Origin: Rhina ancylostomus | Lineage: Eukaryota | Assembly: GCA_030265395.1 (NCBI GenBank) | Contig: JARFYF010000001.1 | Span: 112,948,622-113,012,621 of the forward strand | Direction: 5' to 3' | Length of the DNA: 64,000 nt | Shown: in pieces, positions 61,561-64,000 of the stretch | Layout of the letters: each line of letters starts with the position of its first letter | Numbering within the stretch: the stretch's first letter is position 1 | Notes under the pieces: generated by a model | What the model saw: the letters and a program-made list of their open reading frames with translations, nothing else | Databases searched by the model: none | What the model was told of the DNA's origin: nothing | Made by a program: the position numbers and the translations under genes

Positions 61561-64000
61561 CAAGTGTTCAGATGATATTGATGAGGTATTTAAAAATTGC
61601 TGGGTTTTAGATGCTATCAGATGAAATGTTGGCATAGTGCAGCTAGTTTTATGAGACTGAATTCTCAGCATAGAATCTTGCTCAAGCTGGTATTTAAGGC
61701 AGTGTCCATAATCCCATCTGCATGAACGGCCAGTGAATCATGGGAAACATATATCCTATTTCTGCTGCACCATTGTCTTAAGAGAGGCCCTCACTTACTA
61801 TCTGATAGATAGATTTCATAAAGACAGTACGGATTGTTATGTAACTACAAATAAATCAAAATGCCATTGTTACCTTTGAAACATTAATCCCATAAACCTG
61901 AAAAATTTTGTTTCCATTCCAACTCTGACTGGAGGAATCAGCATTTAAATTCTACCTTCATGACAATTGTTCTCAGTCTTCTGAAGTACATTATTCTTTT
62001 ACTGAATGATGATTTATATTACATACTGCAGCTTTTTGACAATTGCTACCTTCAAAAATCCTTCTACCCTTTAGAAATACATGAATAGTTTTTTTTCACA
62101 TCTATAGTGTGATTATAAAAAACAAGAAGGAATTTGCGAGGTGCTTGTTGTTATACACTCTTCCAGTGCTATAGTGAGGAGAGGTTACCTCCCAATCTTG
62201 TATAATGCTAGCAAAACCAAAATACTTTAAAACAGTTTCCAATCTCTGCTGACTTTAATTACTGACACTTCAGCAGTGTCAGTGTCAAAGATTAATGGTC
62301 TTAGTAATGGTGTGCTGGAGAGGAAAATGTTTCTTAGGGACTGCTGCTGGAAGTGTTCATGTGAAAGCAGGAGAGGGCTCAGCTCTAACCATTTTCACAA
62401 CTGAATAAACTGCTATCACAGAGAGTTCCAGCTTCTGCATAAAGATGACAAATTAGGTGAGGTTTACTATTCCCACTCTGTGGAAATGTCTCCTAACATC
62501 TCTCAGTATCCGGAGAAAAAGAAGGGAGAAAATTTAAAAATAAACAAAATTAATGTTTTCTTTTCAATTGCTTTTTTTTCAGCTGGCGTGGACACAATGG
62601 GTTAAATGGCCTCATTATGTTTGGTAATTTTCTGTGATAATATGGCTGCAAGCTCAGAATTCATGTTAACATTGAAATTGTACTTACTTCCTTCCATAGG
62701 AAGTAAAACAGCTCCATAATAAAATGGAAAATGCTGGGAAAACTCAACAGGTTAGGCAACGACTGTGGAAGGAGAAACAGAGTTGACTGAGTTGCCTGCA
62801 TTTTCTGTTTTTAATTTCAGACTTCCAGTACCTGCAGCTTTTTTTTTAGTTTTCCAAAGAACAAACACTGCCAGATGAAGATGTCAGAAATTTGGACACA
62901 TATTGGAAACAACGCAATGTAATTGAAATATGTCTTTCTGGTTAGGTATTGACAGAAAGAATTAACCTGGAAATTTTTATTCATTTTTGAAAGTATTCAT
63001 TTTTTTTATAATCCAGAAACCGAATATAGTACTTTACCAATAAAGCATTAACCTGGCCATCTTTGAGCTCATAAAAATTGCCTCAAAAGGCAAACTTGTG
63101 TTTGAAAAATATGTTTGGATGTAATTAAAGGTAGAAAACAGCTTAGGTGTGAGATTCTTTTCCATGGGGTGGTTATGGGTTTAAAAAAATTTTAGGGACT
63201 TAGAAGGCAAGTTAAATGGGCAATTGCACATTGGGTCCACACTAGATTCTTGCATGCCCACCCATTCACCATCCTGCCAAGTGCAAGGCCAAAGACAAAT
63301 CTTTGCACAAATTTTGGATGCAGTATAACCCTCCTCAATTGTGTTCTGGTCAGGTTTTAGATTAAATTCCTTCACACAGCATCTGCTGATGAATTTTTAG
63401 ACAGTGGTATTTTTCTTGCTAATGATTCAAAATCAGTTACTTATCAACTGATCTCACTATAAGGGGCACTAAAAAGAAACAAAATGTTCTTACTGTCGAA
63501 TGGTCTATAATTTATTTCTTTATCATAAGTACAACCTCAATTGTATTTTGCTGATCCCAAGGACTAGGGGAATATAAACATGGATGTCACTGTAATTTGC
63601 ATCTGGAAAAATAAACCAATTAGGGCAGATTGGAGTTGCTTTAATATCCTCCCCTAACAGAGTTGACCTATATGCAGAAGGTGTCTTGAAACTGAAAAAC
63701 ATGTTCAAAAGGCAATGAAGGCCCAATTATAACAGGAATAGAAGTGGGCGGCCATTATTTTGTCAATGCCATTAATCAGCAAAGCAAGCTCAGTAATTAT
63801 CCTTTCAGCTTTTGTTCATTTGTCATCTATTATTGCCTAGGTTTTAGAAACTAAATTCTATTAAATAAACCTTGTTTTTTAGTGTTTCCTCTTTTGAACA
63901 TTTCTGACATTTACGGAGTTAGCTAATGTAGTCAGGTCTATTCACATGATACCTGTCAACAGACTCAAAAACTAATCTACACTAATATAAACAAGAAATA

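Overview
AT-rich vertebrate genomic DNA. The repeat landscape (CR1, Rex1/Babar, RTE, Penelope-like elements, V- and Deu-domain SINEs) suggests a cartilaginous fish, and the assembly is a gapped draft with many exactly-100-N gaps. I can support one protein-coding gene: a complete 8-exon TMX1 (thioredoxin-related transmembrane protein 1, WCPAC active site) on the minus strand. Its CDS runs 35293->27346, totals 876 nt (291 aa), has all GT-AG introns, a CpG-rich promoter carrying a ~30-bp-periodic array of CCAAT boxes, and a probable poly(A) site near 25420. The rest is intergenic or intronic DNA full of degraded transposons, including solo LTRs with clean target-site duplications. The most interesting non-routine signals are: minimal hammerhead-ribozyme motifs in Penelope-derived repeats, some in fold-back arrangements; three short local duplications in the first 14 kb that land in or at the edges of TE remnants; the promoter CCAAT array interrupted by TE insertions; an overlapping double hairpin at ~58.9 kb; and an unexplained element with inverted and subterminal repeats at ~47.4-47.7 kb. 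I found no convincing wholly new multi-gene system. All family assignments come from reading the sequence by eye, not from database searches.
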